A DNA stretch of 64,000 bases, from contig OZ024742.1 of the NCBI GenBank assembly GCA_964016885.1, forward strand, positions 367,598,001 to 367,662,000. Direction: 5' to 3'. Shown here piece after piece: positions 26,501-40,480 of this stretch. The translations under genes and the position numbers were made by a program. Under the pieces are notes generated by a model. It saw only the letters and a list, made by a program, of their open reading frames with translations, had not been told where the DNA came from and ran no database searches. This DNA comes from Eledone cirrhosa (taxonomy: Eukaryota). How positions within the stretch are numbered: position 1 is the first letter of the stretch; the number at the start of each line of letters is the position of its first letter.

Positions 26501-28190
26501 ATCACTCATGGTCGAATGTTCGATTGGGAAACCAGCTGGTTTCATCTGGTCCTGTATCATTTGGTTATCACTATTGGTCGAATGTTCGATTGGAAAACCA
26601 GCTGGTTTTATCTGGTCCTATAACATTTGGTGATCACTCATGCTCGAATGTTCGATTGGGAAACCAGCTGGTTTTATCTGGTCCTGTATCATTTGGTGAT
26701 CACTCATGGTCGAATGTTCGATTGGAAAACCAGCGTGTTTTATCTGGTCCTGTATCATTTGGTTATCACTGATGTTCGAATGTTCGATTGGGAAACCAGC
26801 TGGTTTTATCTGGTCCTGTATCATTTGGTGATCACTCATGGTCGAATGTTCGATTGGGAAACCAGCTGGTTTTATCTGGTCCTGTATCATTTGGTGATCA
26901 CTCATGGTCGAATGTTCGATTGGAAAACCAGCTGGTTTTATCTGGTCCTGTATCATTTGGTGATCACTCATGGACGAATGTTCGATTGGGAAACCAGCTG
27001 GTTTTATCTGGTCCTGTATCATTTGGTGATCACTCATGGTCGAATGTTCGATTGGGAAACCAGCTGGTTTTATCTGGTCCTGTATCATTTGGTGATCACT
27101 CATGGTCGAATGTTAGATTGGGAAACGAGCTGGTTTTATCTGGTCCTGTATCATTTGGTGATCACTCATGGTCGAATGTTCGATTGGAAAACCAGCTGGT
27201 TTTATCTGGTCCTATAACATTTGGTGATCACTCATGCTCGAATGTTCGATTGGGAAACCAGCTGGTTTTATCTGGTCCTGTATCATTTGGTGATCACTCA
27301 TGGTCGAATGTTCGATTGAAAAACCAGCGTGTTTTATCTGGTCCTGTATCATTTGGTGATCACTCATGGTCGAATGTTCAATTGCTAAACCAGCTGGTTT
27401 TATCTGGTCCTCTATCATTTGTTGATCACTAATGGTCGAATGTTCGATTGGGAAACCAGCTAGTTTTATCTGGTCCTGTATCATTTGGTGATCACTCATG
27501 GTCGAACGTTCGATTGGGAAACCAGCTGGTTTTATCTGGTCCTGTATCATTTGGTGATCACTAATGGTCGAACGTTCGATTGGGAAACCAGCTGGTTTTA
27601 TCTAGTCCTGTATCATTTGGTGATCACTATTGGTCAAATGTTCGATTGGGAAACCAGCTGGTTTTATCTGGTCCTGTATCATTTGGTGATCACTAATGGT
27701 CGAATGTTCGATTGGGAAACCAGCTGGTTTTATCTGGTCCTGTATCATTTGGTGATCACTATTGGTCAAATGTTCGATTGGGAAACCAGCTGGTTTTATC
27801 TGGTCCTGTATCATTTGGTGATCACTGATGGTCGAATGTTCCATTGGGAAACCAGCTGGTTTTATCTGGTCCTGTATCATTTGGTGATCACTCATGGTCG
27901 AATGTTCGATTGGAAAACCAGCTGGTTTTATCTGGTCCTGTATCATTTGGTGATCACTCATGGTCGAATGTTCGATTGGGAAACCAGCTGGTTTTATCTG
28001 GTCCTGTATCATTTGGTGATCACTCATGGTCGAATGTTCGATTGGGAAACCAGCTGGTTTTATCTGGTCCTGTAACATTTGGTGATCACTATTGGTCAAA
28101 TGTTCGATTGGAAAACCAGCTGGTTTTATCTGGTCTTGTATCATTTGGTGATCACTCATGGGCGAATGTTCGATTGGGAAACCAGCTGGT
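20150..28190. repeat. Two-copy higher-order repeat, offset 4026-4092 bp (61-62 monomers)
   Basis: ORF pairs 20716/24742, 21338/25364, 21809/25835, 22601/26627 and 23459/27485 are offset 4026, and 20386/24478 is offset 4092. Block-specific variants CACACATG, CATTAGG, TTTAGCTGG, TTTTCTGAT and GGTCGTATG occur in both copies. Confidence 0.92.
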
Positions 28191-31100
28191 TTTATCTGGT
28201 CCTGTATCATTTGGTGATCACTCATAGTCGAATGTTCGATTGGAAAACCAGCTGGTTTTATCTGGTCCTGTGTCATTTGGTGATCACTAATGGTCGAATG
28301 TTCGATTGGGAAACCAGCTGGTTTTATCTGGTCCTGTATCAATTGGTGATCACTCATGGTCGAATGTTCGATTGGGAAACCAGCTGGTTCTATCTGGTCC
28401 TGTATCATTTGGTGATCACTCATGGTCAAATGTTCGATTGGAAAACCAGCTGGTTCTATCTGGTCCTGAATCATTTGGTGATCACTCATGGTCGAATGTT
28501 CGATTGGGAAACCAGCTGGTTTTATCTGGTCCTGTATCAATTGGTGATCACTCATGGTCGAACGTTCGATTGGAAAACCAGCTGGTTTTATCTGGTCCTG
28601 TATCATTTGGTGATCACTCATGGTCGAATGTTCGATTGGGAAACCAGCTGGTTTTATCTGGTCCTGTATCATTTGGTGATCACTCATGGTCGAATGTTCG
28701 ATTGGGAAACCAGCTGGTTTTATCTGGTCCTATATCATTTGGTGATCACTCATGGTCGAAAGTTTGATTGGGAAACCAGCTGGTTTTATCTGGTCCTGTA
28801 TCATTTGGTGATCACTCATGTTCGAATGTTCGATTGGGAAACCAGCTGGTTTTATCTGGTCCTGTATCATTTGGTGATCACTCATGGTCGAATGTTCGAT
28901 TGGAAAACCAGCTGGTTTTATCTGGTCCTGTGTCATTTGGTGATCACTAATGTTCGAATGTTCGATTGGGAAACCAGCTGGTTTTATCTGCCCCTGTGTC
29001 ATTTGGTGATCACTAATGGTCGAATGTTCGATTGGGAAACCAGCTGGTTTTATCTGGTCCTGTATCATTTGGTGATCACTCATGGTCGAATGTTCGATTG
29101 GGAAACCAGCTGGTTTTATCTGGTCCTGTGTCATTTGGTGATCACTAATGGTCGAATGTTCGATTGGGAAACCAGCTGGTTTTATCTGGTCCTGTGTCAT
29201 TTGGTGATCACTAATACTCGAATGTTCGATTGGGAAACCAGCTGGTTTTATCTGGTCCTGTGTCATTTGCTGATCACTAATGATCGAATGTTCGATTGGG
29301 AAACTAGCTGGTTTTATCTGGTCCTGTATCATTTGGTGATCACTCATGGTCGAATGTTCGATTGGGAAACCAGCTGGTTTTATCTGGTCCTGTATCATTT
29401 GGTGATCACTAATGGTCGAATGTTCGATTGGGAAACTAGCTGGTTTTATCTGGTCCTGTATCATTTGGTTATCACTGATGGTCGAATGTTCGATTGGGAA
29501 ACCAGCTGGTTTTATCTGGTCCTGTATCATTTGGTGATCACTCATGGTCGAATGTTCGATTGGGAAACCAGCTGGTTTTATCTGGTCCTGTATCATTTGG
29601 TGATCACTCATGGTCGAATGTTCGATTGGGAAACCAGCTGGTTTTATCTGGTCCTGTATCATTTGGTGATCACTCATGGTCGAATGTTCGATTGGGAAAC
29701 CAGCTGGTTTTATCTGGTCCTGTATCATTTGGTGATCACTCATGGTCGAAAGTTAGATTGGGAAACGAGCTGGTTTTATCTGGTCCTGTATCATTTGGTG
29801 ATCACTCATGGTCGAATGTTCGATTGGAAAACCAGCTGGTTTTATCTGGTCCTATAACATTTGGTGATCACTCATGCTCGAATGTTCGATTGGGAAACCA
29901 GCTGGTTTTATCTGGTCCTGTATCATTTGGTGATCACTCATGGTCGAATGTTCGATTGGAAAACCAGCGTGTTTTATCTGGTCCTGTATGATTTGGTGAT
30001 CACTCATGGTCGAATGTTCGATTGCTAAACCAGCTGGTTTTATCTGGTCCTCTATCATTTGTTGATCACTAATGGTCGAATGTTCGATTGGGAAACCAGC
30101 TGGTTTTATCTGGTCCTGTATCATTTGGTGATCACTATTGGTCAAATGTTCGATTGGGAAACCAGCTGGTTTTATCTGGTCCTGTATCATTTGGTGATCA
30201 CTAATGGTCGAATGTTCGATTGGGAAACCAGCTGGTTTTATCTGGTCCTGTATCATTTGGTGATCACTTTTGGTCAAATGTTCGATTGGGAAACCAGCTG
30301 GTTTTATCTGGTCCTATAACATTTGGTGATCACTCATGCTCGAATGTTCGATTGGGAAACTAGCTGGTTTTATCTGGTCCTGTATCATTTGGTGATCACT
30401 CATGGTCGAATGTTCGATTGGAAAACCAGCGTGTTTTATCTGGTCCTGTATCATTTGGTGATCACTCATGGTCGAATGTTCAATTGCTAAACCAACTGGT
30501 TTTATCTGGTCCTCTATCATTTGTTGATCACTAATGGTCGAATGTTCGATTGGGAAACCAGCTAGTTTTATCTGGTCCTGTATCATTTGGTGATCACTCA
30601 TGGTCGAATGTTCGATTGGGAAACCAGCTGGTTTTATCTGGTCCTGTATCATTTGGTGATCACTAATGGTCGAATGTTCGATTGGGAAACCAGCTGGTTT
30701 TATCTGGTCCTGTATCATTTGGTGATCACTATTGGTCAAATGTTCGATTGGGAAACCTGCTGGTTTTATCTGGTCCTGTATCATTTGGTGATCACTAATG
30801 GTCGAATGTTCGATTGGGAAACCAGCTGGTTTTATCTGGTCCTGTATCATTTGGTGATCACTATCGGTCAAATGTTCGATTGGGAAACCAGCTGGTTTTA
30901 TCTGGTCCTGTATCATTTGGTGATCACTGATGGTCGAATGTTCGATTGGGAAACCAGCTGGTTTTATCTGGTCCTGTATCATTTGGTGATCACTCATGGT
31001 CGAATGTTCGATTGGAAAACCAGCTGGTTTTATCTGGTCCTGTATCATTTGCTGATCACTCATGGTCGAATGTTCGATTGGGAAGCCAGCTGGTTTTATC

Positions 31101-34100
31101 TGGTCCTGTATCATTTGGTGATCACTCATGGTCGAATGTTCGATTGGGAAACCAGCTGGTTTTATCTGGTCCTGTAACATTTGGTGATCACTATTGGTCA
31201 AATGTTCGATTGGAAAACCAGCTGGTTTTATCTGGTCTTGTATCATTTGGTGATCACTCATGGGCGAATGTTCGATTGGGAAACCAGCTGGTTTTATCTG
31301 GTCCTGTATCATTTGGTCATCACTCATAGTCGAATGTTCGATTGGAAAACCAGCTGGTTCGATCTGGTCCTGTATCATTTGGTGATCACTCATGGTCGAA
31401 TGTTCGATTGGGAAACCAGCTGGTTTTATCTGGTCCTGTATCAATTGGTGATCACTCATGGTCGAATGTTCGATTGGGAAACCAGCTGGTTCTATCTGGT
31501 CCTGTATCATTTGGTGATCACTCATGGTCAAATGTTCGATTGGAAAACCAGCTGGTTCTATCTGGTCCTGAATCATTTGGTGATCACTCATGGTCGAATG
31601 TTCGATTGGGAAACCAGCTGGTTTTATCTGGTCCTGTATCAATTGGTGATCACTCATGGTCGAACGTTCGATTGGAAAACCAGCTGGTTTTATCTGGTCC
31701 TGTATCATTTGGTGATCACTCATGGTCGAATGTCCGATTGGGAAACCAGCTGGTTTTATCTGGTCCTGTATCATTTGGTGATCACTCATGGTCGAATGTT
31801 CGATTGGGAAACCAGCTGGTTTTATCTGGTCCTATATCATTTGGTGATCACTCATGGTCGAAAGTTCGATTGGGAAACCAGCTGGTTTTATCTGGTCCTG
31901 TATCATTTGGTGATCACTCATGTTCGAATGTTCGATTGGGAAACCAGCTGGTTTTATCTGGTCCTGTATCATTTGGTGATCACTCATGGTCGAATGTTCG
32001 ATTGGAAAACCAGCTGGTTTTAACTGGTCCTGTGTCATTTGGTGATCACTAATGGTCGAATGTTCGATTGGGAAACCAGCTCGTTTTATCTGGTCCTGTG
32101 TCATTTGGTGATCATTAAAAGTCGAATGTTCGATTGGGAAACCAGCTGGTTTTATCTGGTACTGTATCATTTGGTGATCACTCATGGTCGAATGTTCGAT
32201 TGGGAAACCAGCTGGTTTTATCTGGTCCTGTGTCATTTGGTGATCACTAATGGTCGAATGTTCGATTGGGAAACCAGCTGGTTTTATCTGGTCCTGTATC
32301 ATTTGGTGATCACTAATGGTCGAATGTTCGATTGGGAAACCAGCTGGTTTTATCTGGTCCTGTGTCATTTGGTGATCACTAATGGTCGAATGTTCGATTG
32401 GGAAACCAGCTGGTTTTATCTGGTCCTGTATCATTTGGTGATCACTCATGGTCGAATGTTCGATTGGGAAACCAGCTGGTTTTATCTGGTCCTCTATCAT
32501 TTGTTGATCACTAATGGTCGAATGTTCGATTGGGAAACCAGCTAGTTTTATCTGGTCCTGTATCATTTGGTGATCACTAATACTCGAATGTTCGATTGGG
32601 AAACCAGCTGGTTTTATCTGGTCCTGTGTCATTTGGTGATCACTAATGATCGAATGTTCGATTGGGAAACTAGCTGGTTTTATCTGGTCCTGTATCATTT
32701 GGTGATCACTCATGGTCGAATGTTCGATTGGGAAACCAGCTGGTTTTATCTGGTCCTGTATCATTTGGTGATCACTAATGGTCGAATGTTCGATTGGGAA
32801 ACTAGCTGGTTTTATCTGGTTCTGTATCATTTGGTTATCACTGATGGTCGAATGTTCGATTGGGAAACCAGCTGGTTTTATCTGGTCCTCTATCATTTGG
32901 TGATCACTCATGGTCGAATGTTCGATTGGGAAACCAGCTGGTTTTATCTGGTCCTGTATCATTTGGTGATCACTCATGGTCGAATGTTCGATTGGAAAAC
33001 CAGCTGGTTTTATCTGGTCCTGTATCATTTGGTGATCACTCATGGACGAATGTTCGATTGGGAAACCAGCTGGTTTTATCTGGTCCTGTATCATTTGGTG
33101 ATCACTCATGGTCGAATGTTCGATTGGGAAACCAGCTGGTTTTATCTGGTCCTGTATCATTTGGTGATCACTCATGGTCGAATGTTAGATTGGGAAACGA
33201 GCTGGTTTTATCTGGTCCTGTATCATTTGGTGATCACTCATGGTCGAATGTTCGATTGGGAAACCAGCTGGTTTTATCTGGTCCTGTATCATTTGGTGAG
33301 CACTATTGGTCGAATGTTCGATTGGAAAACCAGCTGGTTTTATCTGGTCCTATAACATTTGTTGATCACTAATGGTCGAATGTTCGATTGGGAAACCAGC
33401 TGGTTTTATCTGGTCCTGTATCATTTGGTGATCACTATTGGTCAAATGTTCGATTGGGAAACCAGCTGGTTTTATCTGCTCCTGTATCATTTGGTGATCA
33501 CTAATGGTCGAATGTTCGATTGGGAAACCAGGTGGTTTTATCTGGTCCTGTATCATTTGGTGATCACTATTGGTCAAATGTTCGATTGGGAAACCAGCTG
33601 GTTTTATCTGGTCCTGTATCATTTGGTGATCACTGATGGTCGAATGTTCGATTGGGAAACCAGCTGGTTTTATCTGGTCCTGTATCATTTGGTGATCACT
33701 CATGGTCGAATGTTCGATTGGAAAACCAGCTGGTTTTATCTGGTCCTGTATCATTTGGTGATCACTGATGGTCGAATGTTCGATTGGGAAACCAGCTGGT
33801 TTTATCTGGTCCTGTATCATTTGGTGATCACTCATGGTCGAATGTTCGATTGGGAAACCAGCTGGTTTTATCTGGTCCTGTAACATTTGGTGATCACTAT
33901 TGGTCGAATGTTCGATTGGGAAACCAGCTGGTTTTATCTGGTCCTGTATCATTTGGTGATCACTCATGGTCAAATGTTCGATTGGAAAACCAGCTGGTTT
34001 TATCTGGTCTTGTATCATTTGGTGATCACTCATGGGCGAATGTTCGATTGGGAAACCAGCTGGTTTTATCTGGTCCTGTATCATTTGGTGATCACTCATA

Positions 34101-35520
34101 GTCGAATGTTCGATTGGAAAACCAGCTGGTTCGATCTGGTCCTGTATCATTTGGTGATCACTCATGGTCGAATGTTCGATTGGGAAACCAGCTGGTTTTA
34201 TCTGGTCCTGTATCAATTGGTGATCACTCATGGTCGAATGTTCGATTGGAAAACCAGCTGGTTTTATCTGGTCCTGTATCATTTGGTGATCACTCATGGA
34301 CGAATGTTCGATTGGGAAACCAGCTGGTTTTATCTGGTCCTGTATCATTTGGTGATCACTCATGGTCGAATGTTCGATGGGGAAACCAGCTGGTTCTATC
34401 TGGTCCTGTATCATTTGGTGATCACTCATGGTCAAATGTTCGATTGGAAAACCAGCTGGTTCTATCTGGTCCTGAATCATTTGGTGATCACTCATGGTCG
34501 AACGTTCGATTGGGAAACCAGCTGGTTTTATCTGGTCCTGTATCAATTGGTGATCACTCATGGTCGAACGTTCGATTGGAAAACCAGCTGGTTTTATCTG
34601 GTCCTGTATCATTTGGTGATCACTCATGGTCGAATGTTCGATTGGGAAACCAGCTGGTTTTATCTGGTCCTGTATCATTTGGTGATCACTCATGGTCGAA
34701 TGTTCGATTGGGAAACCAGCTGGTTTTATCTGGTCCTGTATCATTTGGTGATCACTCATGGTCGAATGTTCGATTGGGAAACCAGCTGGTTTTATCTGGT
34801 CCTGTATCATTTGGTGATCACTATTGGTCGAATGTTCGATTGGGAAACCAGCTGGTTTTATCTGGTCCTGTATCATTTGGTGAGCACTATTGGTCAAATG
34901 TTCGATTGGAAAACCAGCTGGTTTTATCTGGTCCTGTGTCATTTGGTGATCACTCATGGTCGAATGTTCGATTGGGAAACCAGCTGGTTTTATCTGGTCC
35001 TGTATCATTTGGTGATCACTCATAGTCGAACGTTCGATTGGAAAACCAGCTGGTTTTATCTGGTCCTGTATCATTTGGTGATCACTCATGGTCGAATGTT
35101 CGATTGGGAAACCAGCTGGTTTTATCTGGTCCTGTATCATTCGGTGATCACTCATGGTCGAACGTTCGATTGGGAAACCAGCTGGTTTTATCTGGTCCTG
35201 TATCATTTGGCGATCACTCATGGTCGAATGTTCGATTGGGAAACCAGCTGGTTTTATCTGGTCCTGTATCGTTTGGTGATCACTCATGGTCGAATGTTCG
35301 ATTGGGAAACCAGCTGGTTTTATCTGGTCCTGTATCATTTGGTGATCACTCATGGTCGAATGTTCGATTGGAAAACCAGCTGGTTTTATCTGGTCCTGTA
35401 TCATTTGGTGATCACTCATGGTCGAATGTTCGATTGGGAAACCAGGTGGTTTATCTGGTCCTGTGTCATTTGGTGATCACTAATGGTCGAACGTTCGATT
35501 GGGAAACCAGCTGGTTTTAT
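26850..35520. repeat. ~8.6 kb block, copy A of a long-range duplication (copy B at ~43020-51620)
   Basis: ORF pairs 27485/43652, 28079/44246, 29852/46019, 31181/47348 and 32039/48206 are offset 16167. Pairs 32567/48668, 33350/49451 and 35038/51139 are offset 16101 (one monomer fewer). Confidence 0.92.
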
Positions 35521-38500
35521 CTGGTCCTGTATCATTTGGTGATCACTAATGGTCGAATGTTCGATTGGGAAACCAGCTGGTTTTATCTGGTCCTGTGTCA
35601 TTTGGTGATCACTAATGGTCGAATGTTCGATTGGGAAACCAGCTGGTTTTATCTGGTCCTGTATCATTTGGTGATCACTCATGGTCGAATGTTCGATTGG
35701 GAAACCAGCTGGTTTTATCTGGTCCTCTATCATTTGTTGATCACTAATGGTCGAATGTTCGATTGGGAAACCAGCTAGTTTTATCTGGTCCTGTATCATT
35801 TGGTGATCACTAATACTCGAATGTTCGATTGGGAAACCAGCTGGTTTTATCTGGTCCTGTGTCATTTGGTGATCACTAATGATCGAATGTTCGATTGGGA
35901 AACTAGCTGGTTTTATCTGGTCCTGTATCATTTGGTGATCACTCATGGTCGAATGTTCGATTGGGAAACCAGCTGGTTTTATCTGGTCCTGTATCATTTG
36001 GTGATCACTAATGGTCGAATGTTCGATTGGGAAACTAGCTGGTTTTATCTGGTTCTGTATCATTTGGTTATCACTGATGGTCGAATGTTCGATTGGGAAA
36101 CCAGCTGGTTTTATCTGGTCCTCTATCATTTGGTGATCACTCATGGTCGAATGTTCGATTGGGAAACCAGCTGGTTTTATCTGGTCCTGTATCATTTGGT
36201 GATCACTCATGGTCGAATGTTCGATTGGAAAACCAGCTGGTTTTATCTGGTCCTGTATCATTTGGTGATCACTCATGGACGAATGTTCGATTGGGAAACC
36301 AGCTGGTTTTATCTGGTCCTGTATCATTTGGTGATCACTCATGGTCGAATGTTCGATTGGGAAACCAGCTGGTTTTATCTGGTCCTGTATCATTTGGTGA
36401 TCACTCATGGTCGAATGTTAGATTGGGAAACGAGCTGGTTTTATCTGGTCCTGTATCATTTGGTGATCACTCATGGTCGAATGTTCGATTGGGAAACCAG
36501 CTGGTTTTATCTGGTCCTGTATCATTTGGTGAGCACTATTGGTCGAATGTTCGATTGGAAAACCAGCTGGTTTTATCTGGTCCTATAACATTTGTTGATC
36601 ACTAATGGTCGAATGTTCGATTGGGAAACCAGCTGGTTTTATCTGGTCCTGTATCATTTGGTGATCACTATTGGTCAAATGTTCGATTGGGAAACCAGCT
36701 GGTTTTATCTGCTCCTGTATCATTTGGTGATCACTAATGGTCGAATGTTCGATTGGGAAACCAGGTGGTTTTATCTGGTCCTGTATCATTTGGTGATCAC
36801 TATTGGTCAAATGTTCGATTGGGAAACCAGCTGGTTTTATCTGGTCCTGTATCATTTGGTGATCACTGATGGTCGAATGTTCGATTGGGAAACCAGCTGG
36901 TTTTATCTGGTCCTGTATCATTTGGTGATCACTCATGGTCGAATGTTCGATTGGAAAACCAGCTGGTTTTATCTGGTCCTGTATCATTTGGTGATCACTG
37001 ATGGTCGAATGTTCGATTGGGAAACCAGCTGGTTTTATCTGGTCCTGTATCATTTGGTGATCACTCATGGTCGAATGTTCGATTGGGAAACCAGCTGGTT
37101 TTATCTGGTCCTGTAACATTTGGTGATCACTATTGGTCGAATGTTCGATTGGGAAACCAGCTGGTTTTATCTGGTCCTGTATCATTTGGTGATCACTCAT
37201 GGTCAAATGTTCGATTGGAAAACCAGCTGGTTTTATCTGGTCTTGTATCATTTGGTGATCACTCATGGGCGAATGTTCGATTGGGAAACCAGCTGGTTTT
37301 ATCTGGTCCTGTATCATTTGGTGATCACTCATAGTCGAATGTTCGATTGGAAAACCAGCTGGTTCGATCTGGTCCTGTATCATTTGGTGATCACTCATGG
37401 TCGAATGTTCGATTGGGAAACCAGCTGGTTTTATCTGGTCCTGTATCAATTGGTGATCACTCATGGTCGAATGTTCGATTGGAAAACCAGCTGGTTTTAT
37501 CTGGTCCTGTATCATTTGGTGATCACTCATGGACGAATGTTCGATTGGGAAACCAGCTGGTTTTATCTGGTCCTGTATCATTTGGTGATCACTCATGGTC
37601 GAATGTTCGATGGGGAAACCAGCTGGTTCTATCTGGTCCTGTATCATTTGGTGATCACTCATGGTCAAATGTTCGATTGGAAAACCAGCTGGTTCTATCT
37701 GGTCCTGAATCATTTGGTGATCACTCATGGTCGAACGTTCGATTGGGAAACCAGCTGGTTTTATCTGGTCCTGTATCAATTGGTGATCACTCATGGTCGA
37801 ACGTTCGATTGGAAAACCAGCTGGTTTTATCTGGTCCTGTATCATTTGGTGATCACTCATGGTCGAATGTTCGATTGGGAAACCAGCTGGTTTTATCTGG
37901 TCCTGTATCATTTGGTGATCACTCATGGTCGAATGTTCGATTGGGAAACCAGCTGGTTTTATCTGGTCCTGTATCATTTGGTGATCACTCATGGTCGAAT
38001 GTTCGATTGGGAAACCAGCTGGTTTTATCTGGTCCTGTATCATTTGGTGATCACTATTGGTCGAATGTTCGATTGGGAAACCAGCTGGTTTTATCTGGTC
38101 CTGTATCATTTGGTGAGCACTATTGGTCAAATGTTCGATTGGAAAACCAGCTGGTTTTATCTGGTCCTGTGTCATTTGGTGATCACTCATGGTCGAATGT
38201 TCGATTGGGAAACCAGCTGGTTTTATCTGGTCCTGTATCATTTGGTGATCACTCATAGTCGAACGTTCGATTGGAAAACCAGCTGGTTTTATCTGGTCCT
38301 GTATCATTTGGTGATCACTCATGGTCGAATGTTCGATTGGGAAACCAGCTGGTTTTATCTGGTCCTGTATCATTCGGTGATCACTCATGGTCGAACGTTC
38401 GATTGGGAAACCAGCTGGTTTTATCTGGTCCTGTATCATTTGGCGATCACTCATGGTCGAATGTTCGATTGGGAAACCAGCTGGTTTTATCTGGTCCTGT

Positions 38501-38750
38501 ATCGTTTGGTGATCACTCATGGTCGAATGTTCGATTGGGAAACCAGCTGGTTTTATCTGGTCCTGTATCATTTGGTGATCACTCATGGTCGAATGTTCGA
38601 TTGGAAAACCAGCTGGTTTTATCTGGTCCTGTATCATTTGGTGATCACTCATGGTCGAATGTTCGATTGGGAAACCAGGTGGTTTATCTGGTCCTGTGTC
38701 ATTTGGTGATCACTAATGGTCGAACGTTCGATTGGGAAACCAGCTGGTTT
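32250..38750. repeat. Two-copy higher-order repeat, offset 3233 bp (49 monomers minus 1 bp)
   Basis: ORF pairs 32567/35800, 33350/36583, 33887/37120 and 35038/38271 are offset 3233. The deletion allele CCAGGTGGTTTATC is at 35446 and 38679. Confidence 0.92.
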
Positions 38751-40480
38751 TATCTGGTCCTGTATCATTTGGTGATCACTCATGGTCGAATGTTCGATTG
38801 GGAAACCAGGTGGTTTTATCTGGTCCTGTGTCATTTGGTGATCACTAATGGTCGAATGTTCGATTGGGAAACCAGCTGGTTTTATCTGGACCTGTATCAT
38901 TTGGTGATCACTCATGGTCGAATGTTCGATGGGGAAACCAGCTGGTTTTATCTGGTCCTGTATCATTTGGTGATCACTAATGGTCGAATGTTCGATTGGG
39001 AAACCAGCTGGTTTTATCTGGTCCTGTATCATTTGGTGATCACTCATGGTCGAATGTTCGATTGGAAAACCAGCTGGTTTTATCTGGTCCTGTATCATTT
39101 GGTGATCACTCATGGACGAATGTTCGATTGGGAAACCAGCTGGTTTTATCTGGTCCTGTATCATTTGGTGATCACTCATGGTCGAATGTTCGATTGGGAA
39201 ACCAGCTGGTTTTATCTGGTCCTGTATCATTTGGTGATCACTCATGGTCGAATGTTCGATTGGGAAACCAGCTGGTTTTATCTGGTCCTGTATCATTTGG
39301 TGATCACTATTGGTCGAATGTTCGATTGGGAAACCAGCTGGTTTTATCTGGTCCTGTATCATTTGGTGAGCACTATTGGTCAAATGTTCGATTGGAAAAC
39401 CAGCTGGTTTTATCTGGTCCTGTGTCATTTGGTGATCACTCATGGTCGAATGTTCGATTGGGAAACCAGCTGGTTTTATCTGGTCCTGTATCATTTGGTG
39501 ATCACTCATAGTCGAACGTTCGATTGGAAAACCAGCTGGTTTTATCTGGTCCTGTATCATTTGGTGATCACTCATGGTCGAATGTTCGATTGGGAAACCA
39601 GCTGGTTTTATCTGGTCCTGTATCATTCGGTGATCACTCATGGTCGAACGTTCGATTGGGAAACCAGCTGGTTTTATCTGGTCCTGTATCATTTGGCGAT
39701 CACTCATGGTCGAATGTTCGATTGGGAAACCAGCTGGTTTTATCTGGTCCTGTATCGTTTGGTGATCACTCATGGTCGAATGTTCGATTGGGAAACCAGC
39801 TGGTTTTATCTGGTCCTGTATCATTTGGTGATCACTCATGGTCGAATGTTCGATTGGAAAACCAGCTGGTTTTATCTGGTCCTGTATCATTTGGTGATCA
39901 CTCATGGTCGAATGTTCGATTGGGAAACCAGGTGGTTTATCTGGTCCTGTGTCATTTGGTGATCACTAATGGTCGAACGTTCGATTGGGAAACCAGCTGG
40001 TTTTATCTGGTCCTGTATCATTTGGTGATCACTCATGGTCGAATGTTCGATTGGGAAACCAGGTGGTTTTATCTGGTCCTGTGTCATTTGGTGATCACTA
40101 ATGGTCGAATGTTCGATTGGGAAACCAGCTGGTTTTATCTGGACCTGTATCATTTGGTGATCACTCATGGTCGAATGTTCGATGGGGAAACCAGCTGGTT
40201 TTATCTGGTCCTGTATCATTTGGTGATCACTAATGGTCGAATGTTCGATTGGGAAACCAGCTGGTTTTATCTGGTCCTGTATCATTTGGTGATCACTCAT
40301 GGTCGAATGTTCGATTGGAAAACCAGCTGGTTTTATCTGGTCCTGTATCATTTGGTGATCACTCATGGACGAATGTTCGATTGGGAAACCAGCTGGTTTT
40401 ATCTGGTCCTGTATCATTTGGTGATCACTCATGGTCGAATGTTCGATTGGGAAACCAGCTGGTTTTATCTGGTCCTGTAT
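37870..40480. repeat. Two-copy higher-order repeat, offset 1253 bp (19 monomers minus 1 bp)
   Basis: The deletion allele is at 38679 and 39932. ORF pairs 38271/39524 and 38996/40249 share this offset, and the GGACCTG variant is in both copies. Confidence 0.88.
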